This document shows, in pieces, positions 1 to 11,419 of a stretch of DNA of 64,000 nt. The DNA comes from Escherichia phage C6. The notes under the pieces were generated by a model. That model was not told the DNA's origin, did not search any database, and worked only from the letters and a program-made list of their open reading frames with translations. Position 1 is the first letter of the stretch. Every line of letters starts with the position of its first letter. A program made the position numbers and the translations under genes. The stretch is from the sequence record MW679410.1. One strand, 5' to 3'.

Positions 1-1623
<1,623 letters not shown>

Positions 1624-1652
1624 ACAATAAAGCATAACCAAGAGGATTCAAA

Positions 1653-3635
1653 ATGTCTTTATTATCACCGGGCATTGAGCTCAAAGAAACGTCCGTACAG
1701 AGTACTGTCGTTCGTAACGCAACGGGTCGTGCAGCGCTGGTTGGTAAATTCCAGTGGGGCCCTGCTTTCCAGGTAACTCAAATTACTAACGAAGTTGAAC
1801 TGGTGGATTTGTTTGGAGGTCCTAACAACGAAGTGGCAGATTATTTTATGTCTGGTATGAACTTCCTCCAGTATGGTAACGACCTTCGTACTGTTCGTGT
1901 TGTTAACCGTGAATTCGCTAAAAACGCATCTCCTGTTGCAGGCAATATAGAAACCACTATTACTACGGCTGGTTCTAACTATGCAGTAGGCGATAAAATC
2001 AATATTAAATATAACCAAACTGTAATCGAATCTGAAGGCCGTGTGACTTCTGTAGATACGGATGGTAAAATTCTTTCCGTGTTTATCCCATCAGCAAAAA
2101 TTATTGCTTATGCACGTTCTTTAAACCAGTATCCTACCCTGGGTCCGGCTTGGACGGCTGAAGTTACTTCCGCTTCTTCTGGTGTTTCTGGTACTATTAC
2201 CGTAGGTAAAATTGTTACCGATTCTGGTATTCTTTTGACTGAAGCCGAGAATAGTGAAGAAGCTATTACTTCTCTTGAATTCCAAGCCTCTCTTAAGAAA
2301 TTTGCTATGCCTGGCGTAGTGGCTCTTTATCCAGGCGAAATTGGTTCTACTCTGGAAGTAGAAATCGTTTCCAAAGCAGCTTACGATGCAGGTTCTACTA
2401 AAATGCTGGATATTTATCCGGGTGGTGGTTCTCGTGCTTCTATTGCCAAGGCGGTATTTAATTACGGTCCACAAACAGATGACCAATACGCGATTATTGT
2501 TCGTCGTGATGGCGCTATCGTAGAATCCGTCGTACTTTCTACCAAAGAAGGTGAAAAAGACGTTTACGGTAATAACATTTATCTCGATGACTATTTCGCT
2601 AAAGGCACTTCTAACTATATTTTTGCTACCTCTTTGAACTGGCCTAAAGGCTTCAGTGGTATCATTAATCTGATGGGTGGTGTATCTGCTAACGATCAGG
2701 TTACTGCAGGTGATTTGATGCAGGGTTGGGATTTGTTTGCCGACCGTGAAGCACTCCATATTAACCTTTTGATTGCTGGTGCTGTTGCTGGTGAAGGCGA
2801 TGAAGTTGCTTCTACCGTTCAGAAACACGTGGTGAGCATTGCTGATGAACGTCAAGATTGCTTAGCCTTTATTTCTCCTCCTAAAGGACTGTTGGTTAAC
2901 GTTCCATTGACTCGTGCAGTAGATAACCTTATTGACTGGCGTACAGGTGCAGGTACTTTCGATACCAACAACATGAACATTAGCACCACTTATGCTGCTA
3001 TTGATGGTAACTATAAATATCAGTATGACAAATATAATGACGTAAACCGTTGGGTGCCTCTGGCAGCCGATATGGCCGGTTTGTGTGCGCGTACAGATGA
3101 TGTTTCTCAGCCTTGGATGTCTCCGGCTGGTTATAACCGTGGTCAGATTCTTAACGTTCTGAAATTGGCAATTGAACCGCGCCAAGCTCAACGTGACCGC
3201 ATGTACCAAGAAGCTATTAACCCAGTTGTTGGTTTTGCTGGTGGTGATGGTTTCGTATTGTTTGGTGATAAGACTGCAACTAAAGTTCCATCTCCGATGG
3301 ACCATATTAACGTTCGCCGTCTGTTCAACATGCTTAAGAAAAATATCGGTGATGCCTCTAAATATAAACTGTTTGAATTGAACGACAACTTCACTCGTTC
3401 AAGCTTCCGTATGGAAGTTTCTCAGTACTTAGATGGTATTAAGGCACTTGGTGGGATTTATGAAGGACGTGTGGTTTGCGATACTACAGTGAACACCCCT
3501 GCGGTTATCGACCGTAATGAGTTTATTGCTAATATCTACGTTAAACCGTCGAGATCAATAAATTACATCACGTTGAACTTCGTTGCAACGAGCACTGGTG
3601 CTGATTTTGATGAATTGATTGGACCTTTAGTATAA
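1653..3635 (+). CDS. 18: Tail sheath protein gp18
   Basis: 660 aa; N-terminus MSLLSPGIELKETSVQST and C-terminus INYITLNFVATSTGADFDEL match T4 gp18 (659 aa) from memory. Confidence 0.95.
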   Translation: MSLLSPGIELKETSVQSTVVRNATGRAALVGKFQWGPAFQVTQITNEVELVDLFGGPNNEVADYFMSGMNFLQYGNDLRTVRVVNREFAKNASPVAGNIETTITTAGSNYAVGDKINIKYNQTVIESEGRVTSVDTDGKILSVFIPSAKIIAYARSLNQYPTLGPAWTAEVTSASSGVSGTITVGKIVTDSGILLTEAENSEEAITSLEFQASLKKFAMPGVVALYPGEIGSTLEVEIVSKAAYDAGSTKMLDIYPGGGSRASIAKAVFNYGPQTDDQYAIIVRRDGAIVESVVLSTKEGEKDVYGNNIYLDDYFAKGTSNYIFATSLNWPKGFSGIINLMGGVSANDQVTAGDLMQGWDLFADREALHINLLIAGAVAGEGDEVASTVQKHVVSIADERQDCLAFISPPKGLLVNVPLTRAVDNLIDWRTGAGTFDTNNMNISTTYAAIDGNYKYQYDKYNDVNRWVPLAADMAGLCARTDDVSQPWMSPAGYNRGQILNVLKLAIEPRQAQRDRMYQEAINPVVGFAGGDGFVLFGDKTATKVPSPMDHINVRRLFNMLKKNIGDASKYKLFELNDNFTRSSFRMEVSQYLDGIKALGGIYEGRVVCDTTVNTPAVIDRNEFIANIYVKPSRSINYITLNFVATSTGADFDELIGPLV

Positions 3636-3760
3636 TCTATTATCCCAGGCTGTAATATAAAGAACCTAAAACTATTATACCATGTGTTTGGTTACAGCGT
3701 ACATCACGTAGAATTGCGCCTGGGATTGATTATTCTTTAGGAATATGATTTATCAACTGT

Positions 3761-3768
3761 TATAAATA
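3761..3768 (+). promoter_or_regulatory. Late promoter box TATAAATA upstream of gene 19
   Basis: Exact TATAAATA about 50 nt before the gene 19 start. Confidence 0.6.
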
Positions 3769-3781
3769 AATTAATCAGAAC

Positions 3782-3802
3782 GTTCCTGGTGTGTCCAGGA
3801 AC
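3782..3802 (+). promoter_or_regulatory. Stem-loop (8-bp stem, 5-nt loop) between late promoter and gene 19 RBS
   Basis: GTTCCTGG-TGTGT-CCAGGAAC perfect inverted repeat. Confidence 0.5.
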
Positions 3803-3820
3803 TGACTTATGAGGCATCCC

Positions 3821-4312
3821 ATGGAGTTGACAGATATCACTCGTGCATTTGAGTCAGGTGACTTTGCACGCCCTAACCTTTTCGAAGTGGAAATTCCATT
3901 TCTCGGTAAAAACTTTAGCTTTAAATGTAAAGCAGCACCTATGCCGGCAGGCATTGTAGAAAAAGTACCGGTTGGCTACATGAACCGTAAAATTAACGTA
4001 GCTGGTGACCGTACGTTTGATGATTGGACTATTACCATTTATAACGATGATGCACATGACACTCGTCAAGCAATTGTTGATTGGCAGAATCTCTGTCATG
4101 GTATGACCAATGAAATTACGGGTGCAGCACCTGCAGAATATAAGAAACAAGCAGTAGTTCGCCAGTTCCATCGTGACGGCAAGACTGTGACCAAAGAAGT
4201 TACAATTTACGGCTTATGGCCTACTAACGTTGGTGAAGTCCAGATGGATTGGGATTCAAACAACGAAGTTGAAACGTTTGAAAGTACGTTCGCTATCGAT
4301 TGGTGGGAATGA
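3821..4312 (+). CDS. 19: Tail tube protein gp19
   Basis: TRAFESGDFARPNLFEVEI matches T4 gp19; start moved to the Met at 3821 (GAGG 6 nt upstream, N-terminal length then equals T4); ORF-track start 3809 is the alternative. Confidence 0.9.
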   Translation: MELTDITRAFESGDFARPNLFEVEIPFLGKNFSFKCKAAPMPAGIVEKVPVGYMNRKINVAGDRTFDDWTITIYNDDAHDTRQAIVDWQNLCHGMTNEITGAAPAEYKKQAVVRQFHRDGKTVTKEVTIYGLWPTNVGEVQMDWDSNNEVETFESTFAIDWWE

Positions 4313-4313
4313 G

Positions 4314-4321
4314 TATAAATA
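4314..4321 (+). promoter_or_regulatory. Late promoter box TATAAATA upstream of gene 20
   Basis: Exact TATAAATA immediately after the gene 19 stop. Confidence 0.6.
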
Positions 4322-4329
4322 GAATTATC

Positions 4330-4347
4330 AAGGAGCTTCGGCTCCTT
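4330..4347 (+). promoter_or_regulatory. Stem-loop with UUCG tetraloop in the gene 19-20 intergenic region
   Basis: AAGGAGC-TTCG-GCTCCTT; may act as gene 19 terminator/attenuator or as 5' hairpin of the gene 20 transcript. Confidence 0.5.
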
Positions 4348-4369
4348 ATCCCATTCATCGGAGACTCTA

Positions 4370-5944
4370 ATGGCAAACTTTAATACAATATTAAGTTTTC
4401 TTAAGCCATGGGCTAATGAAGACGAAAAAGAATATAAACAACAAATTAATAACAATTTAGAGTCTGTCACCGCACCTAAGCTTGATGATGGCGCTCGCGA
4501 AATTGAGACACAAGAGCAAAATATTCCTTATAATGCTCTTATGCAACAGATGTTTGGTAGTAATGAGCCTGAAGTTAAAAATACCAGGGAACTTATTGAT
4601 ACCTACCGTAATTTAATGAATAACTATGAAGTCGACAACGCCGTACAGGAAATTGTGTCTGATGCTATTGTCTATGAGGATGATAAAGAAGTAGTTGCAT
4701 TGAATTTAGACGGGACAGAATTTAGTCAAGCAATTAAAGATAAAATCTTGGCCGAATTCAGTGAAGTTTTAAACCTTTTAAATTTCCAACGTAAAGGCAC
4801 TGACCATTTCCAACGCTGGTATGTAGACTCAAGAATTTTCTTTCATAAAATTATAAACCCTAAAAAAATGAAAGAGGGCGTACAAGAGCTTCGTCGCTTG
4901 GACCCACGCCAAGTCCAATATATTCGTGAAATCGTTACACGTATGGAAGACGGTGTTAAAATTGTAGACGGATATCGTGAGTTTTTCGTTTACGACACAG
5001 GTCATGAAAGCTATTGCGCAGATGGACGCATTTATTCAGCTGGGACTAAAGTTAAAATTCCTCGTGCTGCTGTGGTTTATGCCCATTCAGGATTATTAGA
5101 TTGTTGTGGTAAAAACATCATTGGCTATTTGCAACGTGCTATTAAGCCTGCAAACCAGCTTAAATTGATGGAAGATGCAATGGTCATCTACCGTATTACA
5201 CGTGCTCCTGACCGTCGTGTGTTTTATATCGATACAGGTAATATGCCTTCACGTAAGGCTGCAGCACAAATGCAACATATCATGAACACGATGAAAAACC
5301 GTGTGGTGTATGATGCTTCGACAGGTAAAATTAAAAACCAACAACACAATATGTCCATGACTGAAGACTATTGGTTGCAACGTCGTGACGGTAAAGCGGT
5401 AACAGAAGTTGATACAATGCCAGGTGCTACTGGTATGAGTGATATGGATGACGTTCTTTATTTCCGCACAGCACTTTATCGTGCGCTGCGTGTTCCTGAA
5501 TCACGTATCCCTAGCGAGTCTAATTCTGGTGTTATGTTTGATGCCGGTACAGCAATCACTCGTGACGAATTAAAATTCTCTAAATGGATTCGTCAGCTAC
5601 AAAACAAATTTGAAGAAATTTTCCTAGACCCATTAAAAACAAACCTCATTCTTAAAAAGATTATTACAGAAGATGAGTGGGAAAAGGAAATAAATAATAT
5701 TAAAGTTACGTTTAACCGTGATAGCTATTTCAGTGAAATGAAAGATGCTGAAATCATGGAACGCAGAATCAATATGCTAACGATGGCTGAACCATTTATT
5801 GGTAAGTACATTTCACATCAAACGGCTATGAAAGATTTCCTCCAAATGACTGACGAAGAAATTAATCAAGAAGCTAAGCAAATTGAAGAAGAGTCTAAAG
5901 AGGCTCGTTTCCAAAACCCAGATGAAGAAGAAGAGGATTTCTAA
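4370..5944 (+). CDS. 20: Portal vertex protein gp20
   Basis: 524 aa, same length as T4 gp20; [20 protein letters not shown] and C-terminal [10 protein letters not shown] conserved. Confidence 0.95.
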   Translation: MANFNTILSFLKPWANEDEKEYKQQINNNLESVTAPKLDDGAREIETQEQNIPYNALMQQMFGSNEPEVKNTRELIDTYRNLMNNYEVDNAVQEIVSDAIVYEDDKEVVALNLDGTEFSQAIKDKILAEFSEVLNLLNFQRKGTDHFQRWYVDSRIFFHKIINPKKMKEGVQELRRLDPRQVQYIREIVTRMEDGVKIVDGYREFFVYDTGHESYCADGRIYSAGTKVKIPRAAVVYAHSGLLDCCGKNIIGYLQRAIKPANQLKLMEDAMVIYRITRAPDRRVFYIDTGNMPSRKAAAQMQHIMNTMKNRVVYDASTGKIKNQQHNMSMTEDYWLQRRDGKAVTEVDTMPGATGMSDMDDVLYFRTALYRALRVPESRIPSESNSGVMFDAGTAITRDELKFSKWIRQLQNKFEEIFLDPLKTNLILKKIITEDEWEKEINNIKVTFNRDSYFSEMKDAEIMERRINMLTMAEPFIGKYISHQTAMKDFLQMTDEEINQEAKQIEEESKEARFQNPDEEEEDF

Positions 5945-6198
5945 TGGAAGATTTAATCGAAGCTATTAAATCAAACGACCTCGTAGCAGTTCGTAAAGCA
6001 GCAGCCCCGCTTATCGAATCTCGAGTAGCCGCTTTGATTGAAGCCCGTAAAGCAGAAATTGCTCGCTCCGTTATGATTGAAGGCGAAGAAGCTGACGAAG
6101 ATGACGAAGACGAAGATGACAAAAAATCCGATAAAGCAGATAAGAAAGACAAAAAAGAATCTGACGATGCGGATGATGACGACGAGGACGATGAATAA
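5944..6198 (+). CDS. 67: Prohead core protein gp67
   Basis: 84 aa with [29 protein letters not shown] and an acidic tail; position between 20 and 68 as in T4. Confidence 0.85.
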   Translation: MEDLIEAIKSNDLVAVRKAAAPLIESRVAALIEARKAEIARSVMIEGEEADEDDEDEDDKKSDKADKKDKKESDDADDDDEDDE

Positions 6199-6626
6199 TG
6201 TTCCTTATCCCTGATGATTACGAATTAACTCTAGAAAGCGTAGAGGCCAAAATTCCAGAAGCACAGGGACGTTTTGCTGCTCTTTCTGAAGCGCTAGAGA
6301 AAAGCGATATAAATAATCTTGTAGAGAACATGATTGCTGAAGGCGATATCGAATGTGCTATCGCTCTTGGTTCTTTAAATGAATCAATGGCTCTTAACGA
6401 ATTTATCGTTAAACACGTTTCCTCTAAAGGTGTGCTTACTCGTACTAAAGATATTAAAACCCGTCAACGTAACGCATTCCAAACGACCGGGTTATCTAAA
6501 GCAAAGCGTCGTCAGATTGCTCGTAAAGCATCTAAAACCAAACGTGCTAATCCATCTACTCAAGTACGTGCCGAACGTAAGCGTAAGAAAGCCCGTTCTA
6601 AACGTAAAGCTTTTGGACTTAACTAA
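6198..6626 (+). CDS. 68: Prohead core protein gp68
   Basis: 142 aa, basic C-terminus; position and size as T4 gp68; ATGA-type stop-start overlaps on both sides. Confidence 0.8.
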   Translation: MFLIPDDYELTLESVEAKIPEAQGRFAALSEALEKSDINNLVENMIAEGDIECAIALGSLNESMALNEFIVKHVSSKGVLTRTKDIKTRQRNAFQTTGLSKAKRRQIARKASKTKRANPSTQVRAERKRKKARSKRKAFGLN

Positions 6627-7261
6627 TGAAACCTGAATTGCTCATCGAACATTGGGGACAACCAGGTGAAATTATCGATGGGGTTCCTATGTTGGAATCT
6701 CATGATGGAAAAAATTCTGGGCTTGCTCCCGGCCTTTATATAGAAGGCATTTTCATGCAAGCAGAGGTAGTTAACCGTAATAAACGCCTTTACCCAAAAC
6801 CTATTTTGGAAAAAGCCGTTGCCGATTATATGGCGGAACAGGTTGCTACTAAACAAGCTTTAGGAGAATTAAACCACCCACCTCGTGCTAACGTTGACCC
6901 TATGCAAGCCGCTATTATTATTGAAGATATGTGGTGGAAAGGTAATGATGTTTATGGACGTGCACGTATCATCGAAGGTGACCATGGCCCAGGTGATAAA
7001 CTAGCTGCAAATATCCGAGCAGGTTGGGTTCCTGGTGTTAGTTCTCGTGGTCTTGGTTCTTTAACCGAAACCAACAAAGGATATAAGCGTGTAAACGAAG
7101 GTTATAAATTAACCGTCGGTGTTGATGCAGTATGGGGACCATCTGCTCCTGATGCTTATGTAACTCCAAAGCAAATTACAGAATCACAAACGGTAGAAAC
7201 CGATACCAGTGCCGATGACGCCTTTATGGCTCTCGCAGAGGCCATGAAAAAAGCGTTATAA
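6626..7261 (+). CDS. 21: Prohead core scaffold protein and protease gp21
   Basis: 211 aa; LIEHWGQPGEIIDGVPMLESHDGK...GELNHPPRANVDPMQAAIIIEDMWWKGNDVYGRARIIEGDHGPGDKLAANIRAGW matches T4 gp21. Confidence 0.95.
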   Translation: MKPELLIEHWGQPGEIIDGVPMLESHDGKNSGLAPGLYIEGIFMQAEVVNRNKRLYPKPILEKAVADYMAEQVATKQALGELNHPPRANVDPMQAAIIIEDMWWKGNDVYGRARIIEGDHGPGDKLAANIRAGWVPGVSSRGLGSLTETNKGYKRVNEGYKLTVGVDAVWGPSAPDAYVTPKQITESQTVETDTSADDAFMALAEAMKKAL

Positions 7262-7291
7262 ATATTATTATCTAAACAACAGGACTACAAA

Positions 7292-8107
7292 ATGCTTAAA
7301 GAACAACTGATCGCCGAAGCACAGAATATTGATGCTTCCGTTGCTCTTGACAGTATTTTCGAATCAGTTAATATTTCTCCGGAAGCAAAAGAAACTTTCG
7401 GCACTGTATTCGAAGCTACCGTCAAGCAACACGCCGTGAAACTGGCTGAATCTCACATCGCTAAAATCGCTGAAAAAGCGGAAGAAGAAGTCGAGAAAAA
7501 TAAAGAAGAAGCTGAAGAAAAAGCCGATAAGAAAATCCAAGAAGCTGCCGGTCGTTTCCTTGACCACGTTGCTAAAGAATGGATGGCTGAAAACCAGCTG
7601 GCTGTTGATAAAGGTATTAAAGCCGAACTGTTCGAATCCATGTTGATGGGTATGAAAGAACTGTTTGTTGAACACAATGTGGTTGTTCCAGAAGAAGCAG
7701 TAGATGTTGTTGCTGAAATGGAAGAAGAGCTCCAAGAGCAGAAAGATGAAACCGCTCGTCTGTTCGAAGAAGTTGGTAAGCGCGATGCGTATATTAATTA
7801 CGTACAGCGTGAAGTTGCTGTTACGGAAGCAACTAAAGACCTGACTGAATCTCAAAAAGAAAAAGTTAGTTCTCTGGTAGAAGGCATGGATTATTCCGAT
7901 GCATTCGGTAAAAAAATTGGCGCTATTGTTGAAATGGTTAAAGGTCAGTCCGACGTTGAAAACCCAATCACCGAAGCCGCTATAAATAAAAATGTAGACG
8001 ATGCTGCGGCACTGAATTACATTTCAGAAGCAGTTGAAGAAAAAGGCGCTAAGCCTACCCTGTCCTTCGCGGACCTGTCTGCAATCGCAGCATCACGAAT
8101 TTCTTAA
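7292..8107 (+). CDS. 22: Prohead core scaffold protein gp22
   Basis: 271 aa; MLKEQLIAEAQNIDASVALDSIFESVNISPEAK matches T4 gp22; acidic coiled-coil-like composition. Confidence 0.93.
   Translation: MLKEQLIAEAQNIDASVALDSIFESVNISPEAKETFGTVFEATVKQHAVKLAESHIAKIAEKAEEEVEKNKEEAEEKADKKIQEAAGRFLDHVAKEWMAENQLAVDKGIKAELFESMLMGMKELFVEHNVVVPEEAVDVVAEMEEELQEQKDETARLFEEVGKRDAYINYVQREVAVTEATKDLTESQKEKVSSLVEGMDYSDAFGKKIGAIVEMVKGQSDVENPITEAAINKNVDDAAALNYISEAVEEKGAKPTLSFADLSAIAASRIS
7981..7988 (+). promoter_or_regulatory. Late promoter box TATAAATA inside gene 22, upstream of gene 23
   Basis: Exact TATAAATA about 140 nt before the gene 23 ATG. Confidence 0.5.
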
Positions 8108-8128
8108 TTTAATAAGGTTATACAACAC

Positions 8129-9688
8129 ATGAAAAAGAATGCATTAGTTCAAAAATGGTCCGCTCTGCTGGAAAACGAAGCCCTTCCTGAAATCGTGGGT
8201 GCTTCTAAACAAGCTATCATCGCTAAAATTTTCGAAAATCAGGAACAAGACATCCTGACTGCCCCGGAATACCGTGATGAAAAAATCTCCGAAGCATTTG
8301 GTTCTTTCCTGACCGAAGCTGAAATTGGTGGTGACCACGGTTATGATGCTACCAATATCGCAGCTGGCCAGACTTCTGGTGCTGTAACTCAGATTGGGCC
8401 GGCAGTAATGGGTATGGTTCGTCGTGCTATTCCTCATCTGATTGCTTTTGATATTTGTGGTGTTCAGCCTCTGAATAACCCTACCGGCCAGGTATTTGCC
8501 CTGCGCGCAGTTTATGGTAAAGACCCTATTGCTGCTGGCGCTAAAGAAGCTTTCCATCCGATGTATGCTCCGAACGCTATGTTCTCTGGTCAGGGCGCTG
8601 CTCAGACTTTTGAAGCACTGGCTGCAAGCAAAGTTCTGGAAGTTGGTAAAATTTATTCCCACTTCTTCGAAGCTACCGGTTCTGCACACTTCCAGGCTGT
8701 TGAAGCTGTAACCGTTGATGCAGGCGCTACTGATGCCGCTAAACTGGATGCTGCTGTTACCGCTTTGATTGAAGCTGGTCAGTTGGCTGAATTGGCTGAA
8801 GGTATGGCTACTTCTATCGCTGAACTTCAGGAAGGTTTTAACGGTTCCCAGGATAACCCGTGGAACGAAATGGGCTTCCGTATCGACAAACAAGTTATCG
8901 AAGCTAAATCCCGTCAGCTGAAAGCAAGCTACTCTATCGAACTGGCACAGGACCTTCGTGCAGTACACGGTATGGATGCAGATGCTGAACTGTCCGGTAT
9001 CCTTGCTACCGAAATTATGCTCGAAATCAACCGTGAAGTTATCGATTGGATTAACTACTCTGCACAGGTTGGTAAATCTGGTATGACCAACACCGTTGGC
9101 GCTAAAGCTGGTGTGTTTGACTTCCAGGACCCGATTGATATCCGTGGTGCTCGTTGGGCCGGTGAGAGCTTTAAAGCCCTTCTGTTCCAGATTGATAAAG
9201 AAGCAGCCGAAATCGCTCGTCAGACCGGTCGTGGTGCTGGTAACTTCATCATCGCTTCCCGTAACGTAGTTAACGTACTGGCTGCAGTTGATACTTCTGT
9301 AAGTTATGCAGCTCAAGGTCTGGGTCAAGGTTTCAACGTTGACACAACCAAAGCAGTATTTGCCGGTGTTCTTGGTGGTAAATATCGCGTTTACATCGAC
9401 CAGTATGCACGTTCCGATTACTTCACCATCGGTTATAAAGGCGCTAACGAAATGGACGCAGGTATCTACTATGCTCCGTACGTTGCACTGACCCCGCTGC
9501 GTGGTTCCGATCCGAAGAACTTCCAACCGGTAATGGGCTTCAAAACTCGTTACGGTATCGGTATCAACCCGTTTGCTGACCCGTCTGCACAGGCTCCTAC
9601 CAAACGTATTCAGAGCGGTATGCCTGACATCGTTAACAGCCTTGGTCTGAATGGTTACTTCCGTCGCGTATATGTTAAAGGTATCTAA
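8129..9688 (+). CDS. 23: Major capsid protein gp23
   Basis: 519 aa; long colinear match to T4 gp23 (EAEIGGDHGYDATNIAAGQTSGAVTQIGPAVMGMVRRAIP...GINPFA...YFRRVYVKGI). Confidence 0.97.
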   Translation: MKKNALVQKWSALLENEALPEIVGASKQAIIAKIFENQEQDILTAPEYRDEKISEAFGSFLTEAEIGGDHGYDATNIAAGQTSGAVTQIGPAVMGMVRRAIPHLIAFDICGVQPLNNPTGQVFALRAVYGKDPIAAGAKEAFHPMYAPNAMFSGQGAAQTFEALAASKVLEVGKIYSHFFEATGSAHFQAVEAVTVDAGATDAAKLDAAVTALIEAGQLAELAEGMATSIAELQEGFNGSQDNPWNEMGFRIDKQVIEAKSRQLKASYSIELAQDLRAVHGMDADAELSGILATEIMLEINREVIDWINYSAQVGKSGMTNTVGAKAGVFDFQDPIDIRGARWAGESFKALLFQIDKEAAEIARQTGRGAGNFIIASRNVVNVLAAVDTSVSYAAQGLGQGFNVDTTKAVFAGVLGGKYRVYIDQYARSDYFTIGYKGANEMDAGIYYAPYVALTPLRGSDPKNFQPVMGFKTRYGIGINPFADPSAQAPTKRIQSGMPDIVNSLGLNGYFRRVYVKGI

Positions 9689-9704
9689 GATATAACCTTA
9701 TTAT

Positions 9705-9735
9705 GGGAGACTTCGGTCTCCCATTCTTGTTTCTG
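9705..9735. terminator. Rho-independent terminator after gene 23
   Basis: GGGAGAC-TTCG-GTCTCCC hairpin followed by a T-rich tract (ATTCTTGTTTCT). Confidence 0.8.
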
Positions 9736-9737
9736 TA

Positions 9738-10004
9738 CTATGCAATCTTAACTCGACGATTGATGATATCACGGAAGTCAATACGATTTTCTTGGATTTT
9801 CAGCCAGTTACCAGATTTGTCTTTGGTATGGGTAGAGTATTCACCGTTCCACCAGAAGTCAGTTTCATAAGCTAGGGCTTCGTATTTCTTAACCAATGCA
9901 TTAACTGCATTACCGTTAGGATTGGTACCAAATTTTTCTACCAGAGCTTTGATGTCTTTGTCAAGGTTAGAAAGTGTAGTACGGATAAAGTTTAATTTGT
10001 TCAT
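9738..10004 (-). CDS. Hypothetical early protein, 88 aa, at the position occupied by segD in T4
   Basis: Minus-strand ORF between late genes 23 and 24; start taken at the second Met (10004) because GAGGAG lies 7 nt upstream; own early-type promoter at 10034-10063; not GIY-YIG-like. Confidence 0.6.
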   Translation of the reverse strand: MNKLNFIRTTLSNLDKDIKALVEKFGTNPNGNAVNALVKKYEALAYETDFWWNGEYSTHTKDKSGNWLKIQENRIDFRDIINRRVKIA

Positions 10005-10033
10005 TTTTAATCTCCTCATGTTTTGATAGGTCT

Positions 10034-10063
10034 ATAGTAACACGACGCTTTTTGTGTGTAAAC
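10034..10063 (-). promoter_or_regulatory. Early-type sigma70 promoter for the 88-aa ORF
   Basis: Minus strand GTTTAC (-35), 18-nt spacer, TACTAT (-10) with TG two bases upstream. Confidence 0.55.
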
Positions 10064-10069
10064 CACTTT

Positions 10070-10077
10070 TATAAATA
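10070..10077 (+). promoter_or_regulatory. Late promoter box TATAAATA upstream of gene 24
   Basis: Exact TATAAATA about 30 nt before the gene 24 ATG. Confidence 0.6.
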
Positions 10078-10106
10078 AAATTATATTCTCAATAAGGAAA
10101 ATAGCA

Positions 10107-11387
10107 ATGGCTAAAATTAACGACCTTTTAAAAGAGTCGACCACTACTTCGAGTTCTTCGATTGGTCGTCCAAATTTAGTAGCTTTAACCAGAGCTACGA
10201 CCAAACTGATTTATACCGACCTTGTAGCTCAGCAGCGTACTAACCAACCTTTGGCTGCTCTATATGGTATCAAATATCTTACAGAAAAAAACGAATTATC
10301 TTTCCAGACAGGTGCTACTTATTCTGGTGCAGTATCCGCTAAAGACCGTGCCTCTATCCCAGTTTTCACTGCAGGTGCTGTTTACGCTAAAGATGATTTG
10401 TTCCAATTTGAAAACGTAGTTTATAAAGCTTTGGTAGCAACACCATTTGCAGGTGCTACTGGCGATGAATACGAACAACTTCAAGAAGCTATTGTTAAGT
10501 TGACTATTCGTATTATGTCCGAAGCCGCACTGACTGAGCGTTTTGAAGGCCTCCAGGATGTAGATGTTTCTGAAGCCAAATTCGTCGTTAATAAATGGAA
10601 CGCTCCAGTTAAATCCCGTAAGTTGAAGAGTACTGTTACTGTAGAACTGGCTCAAGACCTCGAAGCAAATGGTTTCGATGCCCCTAATTTCTTGGAAGAC
10701 CTCCTGGCTACTGAAATGGCTGATGAAATCAACAAAGATATTCTTCAGTCCCTGGTTACGGTTTCCAAGCGTTATAAAGTTGAAGGTTTGTGTGATGACG
10801 GCTTAATTGACCTGAGTTATGCTAACTCACCGGAAGCTTCTCGCAAGCTTTATGAAATAGTTTGTGAAATGGTTTCTCATATCCAGCGCGCAACCTCTTA
10901 TACGGCAACTTATGTAGTAGCGAGTACTCGCGTAGCCGCTGTTCTGGCTGGTTCTGGCTGGTTAAGACATACCCCACAGAACGACAAATATCTTTCTGCA
11001 AATGCATACGGATTCCTGGAAAATGGTTTGCCTGTGTATTGTGATACCAACACGCCAATTGATTATGTTACTGTAGGTGTTAAAGAGGAATTTGGTGGGA
11101 AAGAAGCAGTAGGTTCTTTGTTCTATGCGCCGTATACAGAAGGCCTTGATTTGGCTGACCCTGAACATGTGGGTACATTTAAAGTGGTCGTTGACCCTGA
11201 AAGCCTGCAACCATCTATTGCATTAATGGTTCGTTATGCACTGGCTGCTAACCCTTATACGGTTACTTCCGATGATAAACAAGCCCGTATTATTGATGCG
11301 ACTAATATGGATTTGATGGCGGGACGTTCTGATATGTCCGTATTGCTTGGTGTGAAACTTCCTAAAGTTTTGACTGAATTAAACTAA
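10107..11387 (+). CDS. 24: Capsid vertex protein gp24
   Basis: 426 aa; MAKINDLLKESTTTSSSSIGRPNLVALTRATTKLIY and ELAQDLEANGFDAPNFLEDLLATEMADEINKDILQSL match T4 gp24. Confidence 0.95.
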   Translation: MAKINDLLKESTTTSSSSIGRPNLVALTRATTKLIYTDLVAQQRTNQPLAALYGIKYLTEKNELSFQTGATYSGAVSAKDRASIPVFTAGAVYAKDDLFQFENVVYKALVATPFAGATGDEYEQLQEAIVKLTIRIMSEAALTERFEGLQDVDVSEAKFVVNKWNAPVKSRKLKSTVTVELAQDLEANGFDAPNFLEDLLATEMADEINKDILQSLVTVSKRYKVEGLCDDGLIDLSYANSPEASRKLYEIVCEMVSHIQRATSYTATYVVASTRVAAVLAGSGWLRHTPQNDKYLSANAYGFLENGLPVYCDTNTPIDYVTVGVKEEFGGKEAVGSLFYAPYTEGLDLADPEHVGTFKVVVDPESLQPSIALMVRYALAANPYTVTSDDKQARIIDATNMDLMAGRSDMSVLLGVKLPKVLTELN

Positions 11388-11394
11388 CAAAAAA

Positions 11395-11414
11395 GGGACC
11401 TTACGGTCCCTTTG
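11395..11414. terminator. Bidirectional terminator between gene 24 and rnlB
   Basis: GGGACC-TTAC-GGTCCC hairpin flanked by A-run on one side and T-rich tract on the other. Confidence 0.75.
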
Positions 11415-11419
11415 TCGTC

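Noticed and set aside
1665-3394. Several minus-strand ORFs (117, 244, 147, 68 codons) inside gene 18
   Set aside because: Antisense shadow ORFs within the conserved tail sheath gene; no translation signals; plus-strand frame fully explained by gp18.
6061-6198. Highly acidic low-complexity tail ([37 protein letters not shown]) in gp67
   Set aside because: Acidic tails are typical of T4 prohead core proteins and do not indicate a separate feature.
8144-9526. 460-codon minus-strand ORF antisense to gene 23
   Set aside because: Lies entirely inside the major capsid gene on the opposite strand; the protein is low-complexity with no RBS or promoter. It is probably a stop-codon-poor antisense frame of a highly expressed, codon-biased gene.
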